Below, one piece after another: positions 10,841-21,441 of a stretch of DNA of 64,000 bases. Position 1 is the stretch's first letter, and each line of letters begins with the position of its first letter. The translations under genes were made by a program, and so were the position numbers. Origin of the DNA: an uncultured Acidimicrobiia bacterium (GTDB lineage: Bacteria > Actinomycetota > Acidimicrobiia > IMCC26256 > JAENVU01); NCBI GenBank assembly GCA_963847815.1, contig CAWKBF010000001.1:213202-277201 (forward strand). The letters run 5' to 3'. Under the pieces are notes generated by a model. That model did not search any database. It was not told the DNA's origin and saw nothing but the letters and a program-made list of their open reading frames with translations.

Positions 10841-12587
10841 CTACCGCGAGCTGCGGTCTCCGAGCAGCCCGCGCGAACAGCTCGACTTCGGCAACGACGC
10901 CCGCGCCGAGATAGCGAGTCTCCGTGGACGCGGCGCAGAGCGTGCCGAACAGCTCGCCGTCGGCGCCCTGGATCGGAACGCTGAGGAACGTCTGCACATC
11001 GAGTGCCTCGGCAGACGCGCAGCCGGGGATGTCGCCGGGCACGTCCGCGGTCCAGCGGATCCCCTGATCCGAGCACCGCTTGCACAGCGTGTCGTCCCAC
11101 GGGAGTCGGAAGCCCTCGGGAACCTCGATGCTGCCGGTCGCGCGGATGAACCGGTGCTCCAGCTCTCCGGTCTCCGGATCGAGGACGGTCAGGTAGCTCG
11201 TCTCGAGGCCGGTGCGGTCGAGCACCGCGTCGAGCAGCGGACGGGTGATCGCTTCGAGGTCGCCGGGGGTGGACCAGATGCGGGCCACGAAGCCGAGCGC
11301 GTCGTCGTGACCGTCACCGCTCGTCGCGGTCAGCCGGCCGGTCGGGCGGGTGAGTCGTTCGGGCAGTGGAAGGCTCGCCGGTCGCGCGAGGAGGAACCCC
11401 TGCGCGCAGTCGACGCCGAGGTCGAGCAGCGTGTCGAGCTCGGCCTGGGTCTCGACGCCTTCGGCGACGATCGTCGCACCGATGTCGTGGGAGAAGCGGA
11501 CCAGCGCGTGCGCGAGCGCGCGATGGGTGGGGTCGCGGTCGACCCCGCGCGTGATCGAGATGTCGAGCTTCAAGATGTCGGGCTTGATGCGCAGGACGTG
11601 GTTGAAGCTCGAGAACCCGGCGCCGGCATCGTCGACGGCGAGGCGAGCACCGAGCGCACGAATCCGATCGATCGCTTCGTTGAGCGCGCCGTAGTCGTCG
11701 ACCGCCGCGTGCTCGGTGATCTCGACGACGATCCGATTTGCGTCGATGTTCTCCAGGAGATCGTGCAGATCCGGGTTGTCCAACAGTCGTGGGGACGCGT
11801 TCACGGCGAGGTAGACGTCGGGCGGGAGCGCATCGAGGTGGCTCAGGGCGGAGCGGATCGCGGCCAGCTCGAGTGCGACGCCCAGGCCGACGGATTCCGC
11901 GTCGGCGAACCAGAGGTCGGGTCGCACCGGTTCGGCCGGGAAGCGCGCCAGTGCCTCGGCCCCGACAACCTTTCCGGTCGCGATCGCCATGATCGGCTGG
12001 AATGCCATGTCGATCCGCTCTCGGCGCAAGATCTTGCCGACACGGTCCCGCAGCATGCGGCGTCGGTTGATCGAGGGCTCGCCGGAGCTCTGGAGCTCGG
12101 TGATCGCGTGGGCGAGGTGCTCGAGGAGGCGAACGTCGCTCGGGCCGAGGTCCGGCGTCGGGCCGCGGCTCGCGCAGGTCAGCGCCCCGATCGGCGTGCC
12201 GTCGGGTCCGGCGATCGCAACCCCGATGTAGGAGCCGAATCCGATGTCGCTCGCGAGCGTGCCGGTCGGATCACGCGGATCCTGGCGGCTGTCGGGGCTG
12301 AAGCTCGGAAGCCGGCCGTCGAGAACCCGTGCCGTCGAGGAGCCCGCGAGGGGTGTCGAGGCGCCGGGGAACAGTCCGAATGCCTGCGGCTCTCCCGCGA
12401 ACACCTCGAAGATCTGACGGTCGTCCTGGAACGCCGAGATCCACGCGAGATCCATGCCCGTCGTCGATCGGGCCAGCTCCAACAGGGTGACCGCGGCCAT
12501 GCGATCCAGCCTCGAGCCCTCCGAACGACTTGGGGTGATGCTCGTCAGACTGGTCATCGCGCGCGCTATCGGCAGCCTCGGGTCCAC
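10841..12587 (-). CDS. GAF-EAL-GAF domain protein (putative c-di-GMP phosphodiesterase); frame broken near the 3' end
   Basis: ORF 10554..12587 has EAL-domain blocks FQPIMAI...GAEALARF, VEITEH, DDAGAG and AEGVETQAE, flanked by GAF-like regions. The ORF runs antisense into parA. A -1/+1 switch near 10870 gives ...LLGDRSSR* with stop at 10841-10843. Alternative start ATG 12557. Confidence 0.8.
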
Positions 12588-12615
12588 CCTGTACCTCGAG
12601 GTTTAGGCTGCGCGC

Positions 12616-12981
12616 ATGACCCAAGCCCACCGCGCCGAGACCATGACCGATGCCGATCTCGAGGACTGGGGCCTGCTGGCCCTGCCCCTCGCCGAGCCGC
12701 TCGGCGACCCGATGCCGACGAAGGGCCTCGAGACCTGGAGCTCGGAGGACGCCAAGACGTCCACCGGCATCTGGGAGTGCGGGCCGGGTTCGAGCCGCTG
12801 GGTGATGAAGGGTGAGGGCGAGCTCATCCATGTGGTGAGCGGCCGGATGACCTGCACTGCAGAGGACGGCACGGTCACCGAGATCGGTCCCGGCGACTCG
12901 TACACGTTCGAGCCGGGCTGGACCGGCGTGTGGGACATCCACGAGACCTTGCGCAAGGTCTACGCGATCTTCCCGGGCTGA
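12616..12981 (+). CDS. cupin domain protein (DUF861 / EutQ-like)
   Basis: Intact 121-aa ORF. The pattern ...GIWECGPGSSRW...ELIHVVSGRMTC...GDSYTFEPGWTGVWDIHETLRKVY matches the small single-domain cupin family. Confidence 0.75.
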   Translation: MTQAHRAETMTDADLEDWGLLALPLAEPLGDPMPTKGLETWSSEDAKTSTGIWECGPGSSRWVMKGEGELIHVVSGRMTCTAEDGTVTEIGPGDSYTFEPGWTGVWDIHETLRKVYAIFPG

Positions 12982-13031
12982 CACGGATCGTTCCCGCAGT
13001 ACGGGAATCATTCTTAACCTAGACTCGGGAC

Positions 13032-13493
13032 GTGCCGACTGCCCGGAAGGATCGCCTTCCCGACGAGCTGCGCGAGACGGTGCTGAGCCGATTGCGGCGC
13101 GCGAACCAGCGGCTCACACCGAACCGTGAGGCGCTGCTCGAGGTGCTCGCACGCGATGGCAATGGGCCGCTGACGATCCCCGAGATCCGCGAGGTCCGTC
13201 CCGACCTCGCGGTCAGCAGCGTGTACCGCAACCTCGTCGTGCTGGAGCAGGCTGACGTCGTTCACCGGGTCGTGGCTCGCGGCGACTTCGCGTACTACGA
13301 GCTCGTCGAGGAGCTCACGGAGCATCACCACCACGTCGTGTGCTCGAGCTGCGGCACCGTGGAGGACGTGCCGGCGTCCGCGTCGATCGAGCAATCGGTG
13401 CGCGACGTCGCCCGCCAGATCGCCCGCCGCACCGGCTTCAAGACCGAACGCCACCGTCTGGACCTGTTCGGCCTCTGCCAGAACTGCGCCTGA
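13032..13493 (+). CDS. zur: Fur-family metalloregulator, probably Zur
   Basis: Intact 153-aa ORF with a winged-helix N-terminus, HHHHVVC, and C-x2-C pairs (CSSC ... CQNC). It lies adjacent to a ZnuABC-type transporter, as for zur-znuACB in Streptomyces. Confidence 0.8.
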   Translation: MPTARKDRLPDELRETVLSRLRRANQRLTPNREALLEVLARDGNGPLTIPEIREVRPDLAVSSVYRNLVVLEQADVVHRVVARGDFAYYELVEELTEHHHHVVCSSCGTVEDVPASASIEQSVRDVARQIARRTGFKTERHRLDLFGLCQNCA

Positions 13494-13551
13494 CCCTCGT
13501 TTCGGCGCCAATTCGCGTAGCCCTGGCTACACAGAGTCACGCCGAAACGGG
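13494..13551. terminator. bidirectional palindromic hairpin between zur and znuB (recurring element)
   Basis: Arms CGTTTCGGCG (13498-13507) and CGCCGAAACG (13540-13549), extended by CCC/GGG. A nested hairpin GTAGCC-CT-GGCTAC lies at 13517-13530. The right flank CCGAAACGGGTG is shared with the other copies. Confidence 0.5.
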
Positions 13552-13562
13552 TGCTTGCCGGG

Positions 13563-14421
13563 TTAGTGGCCGGGGCCGGTGAGGATGCTGGCGATGTTGG
13601 CGCGGCGCAGGCCGGTGGCGCCGGCGGTGATCGCGAAGACGGCGCCGGCGACGAGCACGATCGCGCCGCCGGGGGCCAGGGCCCACAGCCGGGCGGCGGC
13701 GAGCCCGACGACGACGGAGAAGATCCCGACGCCCACCGCGACGAGCACCGTGGTGCGGAACGATCGTGCGAGCAGGCGGCCGGACGCCACTGGCAGCACC
13801 ATGAGTGCGGCGACGAGCAGCGTCCCGACCACCTGGGTCGCGGCGACGATGGTGATGGCCGCGAGCACGACGAGCAGGCCGTTCAGGAAGTTCACCGGGA
13901 GCCCGGAGACGCGGGCCGACTCCTCGTCGACAACGATCGCGAAGAGGGCCCGGCCCGCGACCGCGATGCACGTGACGATCACGATGCCGAGCCCGACGAC
14001 GAGCCAGACGTCGTTCGGGCGTCACCGTGAGGATCGACCCGAAGAGGTACGGCAGCACGTTGACGCTCTGCCCCTCGGCGGTTGCTCTGCTCGCGATCAC
14101 CGCGCCTGCGGCGATGCCGCCGTAGAAGAAGAGTGCAAGGACCAGATCGCCGGAAGCCTTGCCCCGCACGCGGAGGAACTCGAGCGCGAGCGCGCCCAGG
14201 ACGGTGACGATGAGCGCGGCCCACAGCGGCGAGAACGCGAGCAGCAATCCGACCGCGACACCGGCGAACGCGAGATGGCCGAGCCCGTCGCCGAGCAGGG
14301 ACAGCTGCTTCTCGACCAGGAACGCGCCGATGAGGGGCGCGCACGCAGCCACGACGAGTCCGGCCGCCAGCGCGAGCTGCATGTAGTCGCGGTCGAAGGG
14401 ATAGGGGAGCGGCAGGTTCAT
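13563..14421 (-). CDS. znuB: metal ABC transporter permease (ABC-3 family, ZnuB-like) (frame broken once)
   Basis: [36 protein letters not shown]...LFGSILTVTP (ORF 13537..14421) continues as NDVWLVVGLGIVIVTCIAVAGRALF...MVLPVASGRLL (ORF 13563..13982). Switch near 14010. Multi-TM ABC-3 pattern. Confidence 0.8.
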
Positions 14422-15186
14422 CGGAGCGTCTCCAGCCAGAGGGGGAGGTCCTCCTGGTGGATCCCGAGGCTCACCCCGGTCGCCGCGAGCTCGCTCGGGG
14501 GGCCGTCGAACTGCACCGTGCGCTTGAGGACGACGACGCGGTCGAGGTCGTCGGCGACCGCGCCGAGCTCGTGCGAGACGAGGACCACCGCTCCGCCGCG
14601 GTCGCGCACGACGTGGACCAGTGCGTCGCGAAAGAGTCGTTGTGATTCCGCGTCGACGCCGGCGATCGGCTCGTCGAGCACCAGCAGCTCGGGCTCGGCG
14701 GCGAGCGCCTTCGCGATCAGCACCCGCTGCTGCTGGCCGCCCGAGAGCTCGCCGATCGGACGGCGGCGGAGATCACCGAGCGCGACTGCGTCGATCGCCG
14801 CGTCGATCGCGACGTGGTCCGCTCGCCGCGGTCGACGCCACCAACCCCGGCGCGCGAGCCGGCCCGCGGCGACGATCTCGGTGACGGTCGCGGGCAGCGC
14901 GCCTGCGATCTGCGGCCGTTGTGGGACGTAGCCGAGGCGGGCACGGTCCGTGAGCTTGCGCGGGGCTTTCGCCGAAGATCCGCACTGTGCCCGAGCTCGG
15001 GGTGAGCAGCCCGACGAGGATGCGCACCAGCGTGGACTTGCCCGAGCCGTTCGGCCCGACGAGCGCGACGAACTCGCCCGCGTCGACGTGCAGGCGAACG
15101 TCGGTGAGCACCGGCTCGGACCCGTAGGCGAAGGCGATGCCGTCGGCCGCGATGGCTTCCGCGGTGGCGTCTTCCCCTCGAGGCAT
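14418..15186 (-). CDS. znuC: metal ABC transporter ATP-binding protein (ZnuC-like) (frame broken 2-3 times)
   Basis: Walker [10 protein letters not shown] (ORF 14773..15396) and Walker B LLVLDEP with ...VLVSHEL (ORF 14418..14723). The signature LSGGQQQR region lies in another frame around 14730-14760. Start ATG 15186 (MPRGEDAT). Confidence 0.8.
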
Positions 15187-15224
15187 CTGACGATCGTACG
15201 CGTCCATGATGCCTATGATAGTAA

Positions 15225-15266
15225 TGAGACCGATTCTCACGTTCAGTTCTGAGAACACTCTGAGAA
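15225..15266. promoter_or_regulatory. candidate Zur operator cluster in the divergent znuC/znuA intergenic region
   Basis: Four TGAGAA/TTCTCA half-sites: TGAGA 15225-29, TTCTCA 15234-39, TGAGAA 15250-55 and TGAGAA 15261-66. They form the palindrome TGAGA-N5-TCTCA, in an AT-richer stretch, and resemble the TGAAAA/TTTTCA half-sites of actinobacterial Zur boxes. Confidence 0.4.
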
Positions 15267-15292
15267 TGGCGCGCTGCGAAGACTGGAGACCG

Positions 15293-16238
15293 ATGCGACG
15301 GTGGCTGAGCGTCATGGTGGTGGCGACACTGGCGACGGTGGCCGTCGGCTGCAGCAGGAGCGGTGGAGATACGACGGGGAGTGGCTCGACGAGCATCGTC
15401 GCGGCGTTCTACCCGATCGCGGCAGCAGCCCAGGCAGTCGGGGGGAAGTGCGTCACCGTCACGAACCTCACTCCGGCCGGCGCGGAGCCGCACGACCTCG
15501 AGCTCGTCCCCGATCAGGTCGACAGGATTCAGGACGCGGACCTGGTGTTCGTGATGGGCCATGGGTTCCAGCCTGCGGTGGAGAAGGCGGCGGGCCAACG
15601 CGACGGCGACGACGGTCAAGGTGCTCGACCACATCGGGATCGACAGCAAGGGTCGAGCAGTCGCCGGGGAAGGCCACGAGGGCGACGTGGATCCGGACAA
15701 GGTCCTGGACCCGCACGTGTGGCTCGATCCGGACCTCTACACCGAGGTCGTCGACGCCGTCACGGTCGCACTCGTGAAGGCGGACCCCAAGTGCGCGACG
15801 ACGATGGAGCGGAACGCGGACCGATACAAGGCCGCGATCGCGACCGTGGGTGACGACTACGCAGCGGGGCTCGCGGATTGCAAACGTCACACGATCGTGA
15901 CCGCCCACCAGGCGTTCGGTTACCTCGCGAAGCGGTACGACCTGACCCAGCAGGGCATCGCCGGGATCTCACCCGACGAGGAGCCCAACGCGCAACGCAT
16001 CGCGGAGCTGTCGGACCTGGTGAAGAAGCAGCGGATCACCACGATCTTCACCGAGGAGCTGGTGTCGCCGAAGGTGGCCGACGCATTGGCCCGCGAGGCC
16101 GGCGGGGTGAAGACCGAGACGTTGAACCCGCTCGAAGGCCTGACCGACGACGAGCTTCACCGCGGTGACGACTGGTCGTCGGTGATGCGCACGAACCTCC
16201 GGAAGCTCGAAGCCGCCTTGGGGTGCGACGCGTCGTAG
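15293..16238 (+). CDS. znuA: metal ABC transporter substrate-binding lipoprotein (ZnuA-like) (frame broken once)
   Basis: Signal peptide with lipobox [32 protein letters not shown]...[13 protein letters not shown]... (ORF 15206..15853) joins TVKVLDHIG...DPHVWLDP...[13 protein letters not shown]... (ORF 15561..16238). Switch near 15595. Confidence 0.8.
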
Positions 16239-16245
16239 CGGGGTG

Positions 16246-16884
16246 CTACGCGGGGCTGGTCACGCCCATGATCTCGCCGACGAACGCCATCAGCTCGGGG
16301 GAGACCTTGCTCGGCGCGCCGGAGTCGAACGGCGGCTGCGGGTCGTACTCGATCGCGAGCTGGATCGCCTGCGCGACCTCGTCGCCGAACATCCTGGCGA
16401 CCAGCGTGAGCCCCATGTCGATCCCCGACGACACGCCCGCGGCGGTGAAGATCTTGCCCCGCTCGACGACGCGCTCCTCGGTCGGGTTCGCGCCGAGCGC
16501 GCGCAGGCGGTCGTAGGCGCTCCAGTGGGTCGTCGCGTCGACACCGTCGAGCACGCCGGCGAGCGCGAGGAAGATCGAGCCGGTGCACACGCTCGTCGTC
16601 CACGTCGTGGTCGGGTGCACGGCGCGGATCCACTGCACGACCGGGTCGTCGGCGGTCGCGGTCGCGTCGGCGAACCCGCCGGGCACGACGATCACGTCGG
16701 GCGCGGTGACCTCGGCGAACGTCGCGGTCGCGACGAGCGAGAGCCGTCCGGTGTGGTCGATCACCGGGCCGGCCTCCTCGGCGACGAAGACGCACTCGAC
16801 TCCGGGGAGGTCGGCGAGCGTCTGGAACGGCCCGACGATGTCGAGGGCGGTGAACTGGGGATAGAGCGCCAGAGCAATCTGCAT
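16246..16884 (-). CDS. DJ-1/PfpI family protein
   Basis: Starts at MQIALALYPQFTALDIVGP within ORF 16246..16947. It has the nucleophile-elbow Cys (TSVCTGS) and AAGVSSGIDM, typical of the DJ-1/PfpI (ThiJ) fold. No frame break seen. Confidence 0.85.
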   Translation of the reverse strand: MQIALALYPQFTALDIVGPFQTLADLPGVECVFVAEEAGPVIDHTGRLSLVATATFAEVTAPDVIVVPGGFADATATADDPVVQWIRAVHPTTTWTTSVCTGSIFLALAGVLDGVDATTHWSAYDRLRALGANPTEERVVERGKIFTAAGVSSGIDMGLTLVARMFGDEVAQAIQLAIEYDPQPPFDSGAPSKVSPELMAFVGEIMGVTSPA

Positions 16885-17008
16885 GAGCTCATCCTGGGCC
16901 CGCCCCGTCCTGACCGCAAGGACACGCACCCCGCCAGATCCGGCCACCCCACGCCCGAAGCCGAAACTCGTTGGCGCCGGTGGCGGCGGCGGGTCAGGCT
17001 GCTCGGTC

Positions 17009-17907
17009 GTGAAGGCGTTCGATCGTGAGACTGCGGTGGTGCGCGACGAGTCGCGTCGAGTGCACGTTCCGGGGGGAGCTGAGCGAGGAGTGGTGCGCGC
17101 TGTCGGTGCCCCAGGGCGGGATCGTCGCCGGACTCGCGGCGCGGGCCATGGCGGCCGCGATCGAACGCCCGGAGCTCGCGCTGCGCTCGATCACGTCGGT
17201 GTTCGCGGCGCCGGTACGCACCGGTCCGGTCGAGATCGACGTGACGGTGCTGCGCCGCGGCCGATCGATGGCGCAGGCGACCGCGACCGTGCGCTCAGTC
17301 GGGCGAGCCGGCCGGCACGACCGCGGTCGCGGTGTTCGGTGCGCCACGCGTCGGCTTCGAGTTCACCGACCTCGAGGTGCCCGACGCGCCGTCGCCGCGA
17401 CGAGTGCCCGTCGTTTCGCGACGATCGCGCCGGAGCGACGTCGAGGACACCCCGTTCGCGTACTGGGAGCACCACGTCGAAGGGCGCGCCGCGGTCGGGC
17501 ACGCGCCGTGGGAGGAGTTCGAGCCGACGACGTCGGAGCGCACGTTCTGGTACCGCTTCGACGATCCGCCGCGCCTCGACGACGGCCGACTCGATCCGCT
17601 CGCGCTGCTGACCCTCTGCGACACGATGCCCGGCGCGGTCGGGCGAGCGCATGGGTGGCGGCCTGCCGGAATGGTGGGCGCCGAGCGCGGACCTCACCGT
17701 GCACCTGCTCGGCGATCACCGCGCCGAGTGGGTGCTCGCGCGCGAACCGGGCGCGCCACGCGGGGGACGGCTACGCGTCGCTCGAGGTCGAGCTCTGGGA
17801 CGCGGACACGCGGCACGCTCGTCGCGTACGCGACCCAGATGATGATCTTCACGTTCCCCGACGGCCCGCCGCCGCCCGAGCTCCGGGTGCCCGAGGACCT
17901 CCGATGA
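17009..17907 (+). CDS. acyl-CoA thioesterase (TesB-like double hot-dog) (frame broken about 5 times)
   Basis: VKAFDRETAVVRDES..., ...LSVPQGGIVAGLAARAMAAAIE..., FAYWEHHVEGRA...TFWYRFDDPPRLDDGRLDPLALLTLCDTMPGAVG, LPEWWAPSADLTVHLLG and GTLVAYATQMMIFTF are spread over ORFs 16883.., 17025.., 17332.. and 17651... Stop TGA 17905-07 overlaps the next ATG. Confidence 0.6.
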
Positions 17908-19093
17908 CCGGGCTGCTCGACGGGATGCGCGTGCTCGACCTCTCGGCGTACCGGCCGATGCCCCACGCGAACGCAGATCCTCGCCGACCTCGGCGCCGAA
18001 GTGCTGAAGGTCGAGCCGCCCGGCGGTGACCCGATGCGCGCGTACCCGGAGATCTTCGCGTCGGTCGCGCGCGGGCAAGCGCAGCATCGTCGCTCGACCT
18101 GCGCACCGACGCCGGCCGCGACCGCGCGCACGAGCTCGTCGCGGAAGCCGACGTCGTGTGCGAGAGCTGGCGGCCCGGCGTCGCGGACCGGCTCGGCCTC
18201 GACTACGACACGGTCGCAGGCGATCCAACCGGCGGTCATCTACTGCTCGCTCTCGGGCTTCGGCCAGGACGGCCCGATGCGCGACCTCCCCGGGCCACGA
18301 CATGAACTTCCAGGCCATCGCCGGCGCGCTCGCGCCCCGTCGCCGGCGAGGACCCGAGGTGCCCCGGCTCCCGGTCGCGGACCTCGAAGGCGGCACGGTG
18401 TGCGCGCTGCTGATCTGCGCGGCGTGGGCACGCCGGTTGAGCCGACGGCATCGGCGAGCGCATCGACGTCGCGATGGCCGACGTCGTCGCGTGGTGGGTC
18501 GGGCCCCGCACCGGCACTGCGCACGCCGGTCCGGTGCCGGCGCGGGCGAGCGGACGTTCGGCTCGCCGGGCTACGGCGTGTTCCGCGCCCGCGACGGGGA
18601 GTGGATCGCGCTCGGGCGTGCTGGGCGAGCCGCGCCTCTGGGCCGCGATCTGCACCGCGCTCGACCTCGACGACGCTCGCCGACCTGTCCTTCGACGAGC
18701 GGGTCGAGCGGCGCGACGGAGGTCGACGCGGCGATCGCCGACGCGATCGGCCGACTCGACCACGAAGCCGTGCTCGAGCCGGCTCTACGCCGCGAGCGCG
18801 CCGGCCACGCCGGTGCTCCAGCCGGAGGAGGCCACCCGCCACCCGCAGATCCGGGCCCGCGACTTCCACGTCGAGACCGACGCCGGGCTCGTCGCCGGGC
18901 TGCCGGCCCGCCTCGCGAGCGACGGCCCGACGCTCGCGAGCCGCATCCCGCGAGGTCGACGAGCACCCGAAGGGCTTCGCGCCCGATGCCGGCGAGTCCG
19001 ACGAGCGCGGGCCGGCGGGCTCGAGGCAGGTCCGGGTCAGGCGCTGCGCGGCCGGCGCCTGCGACACCTTCTGGTGGGCCTCTTCACGGATGA
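17904..19093 (+). CDS. CoA-transferase family III (CaiB/BaiF-like) (multiply frame-broken; 3' end uncertain)
   Basis: MTGLLDGMRVLDLSAYRPMPHA.., ILADLGAEVLKVEPPGGDPMR, VVCESWRPGVADRLGLDYD, VIYCSLSGFGQDGPMRDLPGHDMNFQA and RIDVAMADVVAWW are hallmark family III blocks, scattered over three frames. No forward stop triplet occurs between about 18950 and 19089. Confidence 0.65.
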
Positions 19094-20254
19094 TCCGCAC
19101 CTGGGCCTCGTGCTCGAGCGCGCTGCTCGTCGCGGTTGGCGAGCCCGAAGCCGGTGTAGATGACCCGCCGCTCCGACGTGACCGGCGCGTGGCTCATGTG
19201 GAACGTGCACGAGCAGTGGACCGTGAGGTCGCCGGTCCGGGTCGGGAGCTGGCGGATCGGCAGGCCCCAGGCCTTGCGGTAGAAGCCGGGCTGGATCAGC
19301 GCCCGGTGCGAGCCGGGCACGACCGCGAGCTGGCCCGAGCCCTCGTCGGCGCCGGTGACCGAGATGCCGACGGTCAGCCCGCAGCACCGGTACGAGTGCA
19401 TGCCGAGCGCGCAGTCCTTGTGCCACATGAGGTCGGAGATGCCCTTCACCACGCCGATCGGCTTCTCGAGCGCCTCGCCGCCGGTGCGCGCCTCGTAGTC
19501 GTCGCCGGTCAGCCGGCCGATGCGCTGGAAGCGGTCGTCGGCGAGCAGCGCGGTGAACGTCGGGCTGTGCTCCTCGAACCGCTGGAGCCGCACCGCACCG
19601 CGCGGTGCCGTCGGCGGTCTCGGCCCACCACGACCGGCCGTCCTCGGGGGAGTAGTGCTCGAACGCGGCGTCCATCTCGCGGTTGATCGCCTCCATCTCG
19701 GACCGGTCGAACCAGCCGGAGAGGTGCAGGCAGCCGGCCTGCGGCGAGGAACTGCGCGATCTCCTCGTCATCGTCGTCGGGGGTGAACGAGCGGTCGAGG
19801 TCGAGCGGCGCGCCGTCGGTGTCGAGGAACTCGACCGACCCGGCGGTGTGCGCCGGGCGCGCGTCGATGAGCGACCGCAGCACCACCCACCAGTCGAGGA
19901 AGTTGCCGTGGTCGCCGCGCTGGACGTGCTGCCGGCGGACGCCACGAGCGTCATCGGCGTGATGAGGTCGTTGACGAGCTGGCCGACCTCGTCGTCGGAG
20001 AGGAACACGCGGCCGCTGTCGGCGTCGCCGTCGCCGCGGCGGACCTCGATGGCGTCGCCCTCGATGCAGAGCGTCCACTCGCCGGCCGGGCAGGCGAGGG
20101 TGAACGGCTGCGACGCCGAGCTCGCGGGCCCCGGGCACGGCGAGCTCGGAACGCTCGGCCGCGAGCTGCGGGAGCTCGTCGTCGAAGAACTCGGCGACGT
20201 CCACCTCGCGGACTGGCCTCCGACGGTGCGGGTGCGCAGATCCAGTGTCGGCAT
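19037..20254 (-). CDS. phytanoyl-CoA dioxygenase (PhyH) family protein with N-terminal SCP2-like region (multiply frame-broken)
   Basis: C-terminal ORF 19084..19593 (...VKGISDLMWHKDCALGMHS...GQLAVVPGSHRA...DLTVHCSCTFHMSHAP) fits the Fe(II)/2OG PhyH fold. N-terminal pieces (VDVAEFFDDELPQLAAERS..., FTLACPAGEWTLCIEGDAIEVRRGDGDADSGRVFLSDDEVGQLVNDLITPMTL) lie in ORFs 19509.. and 19037... The end is taken at the TCA 19037-39. Confidence 0.55.
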   Translation of the reverse strand: MPTLDLRTRTVGGQSARWTSPSSSTTSSRSSRPSVPSSPCPGPASSASQPFTLACPAGEWTLCIEGDAIEVRRGDGDADSGRVFLSDDEVGQLVNDLITPMTLVASAGSTSSAATTATSSTGGWCCGRSSTRARRTPPGRSSSSTPTARRSTSTARSPPTTMTRRSRSSSPQAGCLHLSGWFDRSEMEAINREMDAAFEHYSPEDGRSWWAETADGTARCGAAPAVRGAQPDVHRAARRRPLPAHRPADRRRLRGAHRRRGAREADRRGEGHLRPHVAQGLRARHALVPVLRADRRHLGHRRRRGLGPARGRARLAPGADPARLLPQGLGPADPPAPDPDRRPHGPLLVHVPHEPRAGHVGAAGHLHRLRARQPRRAARSSTRPRCGSSVKRPTRRCRRRRPRSA

Positions 20255-20359
20255 CGACGCCCCCCTCGCGTCCGGCCGCCAGTCTGCCGCGCGAGTCGGG
20301 GCACGCCCAGGTGGAATCGGACATTCTCCGCCTATGATGACGCCGGCTCTTCACGGAAG

Positions 20360-21441
20360 ATGGGCGGTTTCGTTCGGTGCTGCGGCCGGCAGGTGGATAC
20401 GGATGTCGTGACGCCCGGCCCCGCGCGCGCTCTGGGACGCGGTCGCGGCTCGAGGACCCGGACGTGCTCCCCACGCAGCAGCCCGGCCTGGACCGACGCC
20501 GTCTGCGCCAGCGGCCGCTGGGTCGACGCGAGCCGGCTCTACCGGGTCGACGACGGTCGCCGGCTCGTGCTCCCGGCGGTGCGGCAGCGCATCGGTGGCT
20601 CGCTCGGGGTCGAGGCGTCGATGCCGACCCACTGGGGCTTCGGTGGGCTGATCGCCGAAGGGGGAGTGACCGCGGCGGACGTGCGGCTCGTGCTCGACGA
20701 CCTCGCGGCACGCCGGCTCGTGCGCCAGAGCATCCGGCCCAACCCGCGCCACGGCCACCTGTACGCCGAGCACGCGCCGCGCGGGCAGCGTCGCCATCGC
20801 CCGCGCGCGCGCACGTCCTCGACCTCGCGCGGTGGCGTCGACGTCGTCTTGAAGGGCTTCGCCGAGAGCCGCCGGCACGCGATCCGCAAGGCCGAGAAGT
20901 CCGGGCTCGAGGTCGAGTGCGACACGACCGGCCGTCTGCTCCCCGAGTTCTTCGAGCTGTACGCGCGCTCCGAAGCGCGCTGGGCCGAGCAGCAGCACGA
21001 GCCCGCCGCGCTGGCGCGCTTCCGCACACGGTTCCGCGACACGATCGAGAAGTGGCAGACGCATCGCGCGCGCACCTCGACGGCGGCTGCCGGCAGTGGG
21101 TCGCCCGCCACGAGGGTCGTCCCGTCGCGTCGATCATCGTGCTGTTCGGCGTCAACGTGCACTACACGCGTGGCGCGATGGACAAGGAGCTCGCCGGCGC
21201 CGGTGCGGGCGAACGACCTCCTGATGTGGCACGCGATCCAGGCCGCGTGCGCGATCGATGCGGAGTCGTTCCACCTCGGTGAGTCGGGGACCTCGGGCTC
21301 GCTCTCGGACTACAAGGAGCGGTTCGGCGCCCGGCCGTTCGACTACCCGGAGCTGCGGCTGGAGCGGCTGCCGATCACCCGCGCGGACACACGCGGCGCG
21401 CGACGGTGGTCAAGCGCGTGATCGGCTTCCAGGACGCATGA
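20360..21441 (+). CDS. FemAB-like / Acetyltransf_6 GNAT-fold acyltransferase (frame broken about 4 times)
   Basis: ...QQPAWTDAVCASGRWVDASRLYRVDDGRRLVLP..., ...GFAESRRHAIRKAEKSGLEVECD...FFELYARSEARWAEQQHEP..., ...NDLLMWHAIQAACAIDAESFHLGESG...LSDYKERFGARP. The C-terminus TVVKRVIGFQDA* is in a third frame. Its TGA overlaps the ATG of the next gene (ATGA 21438-41). Confidence 0.6.
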
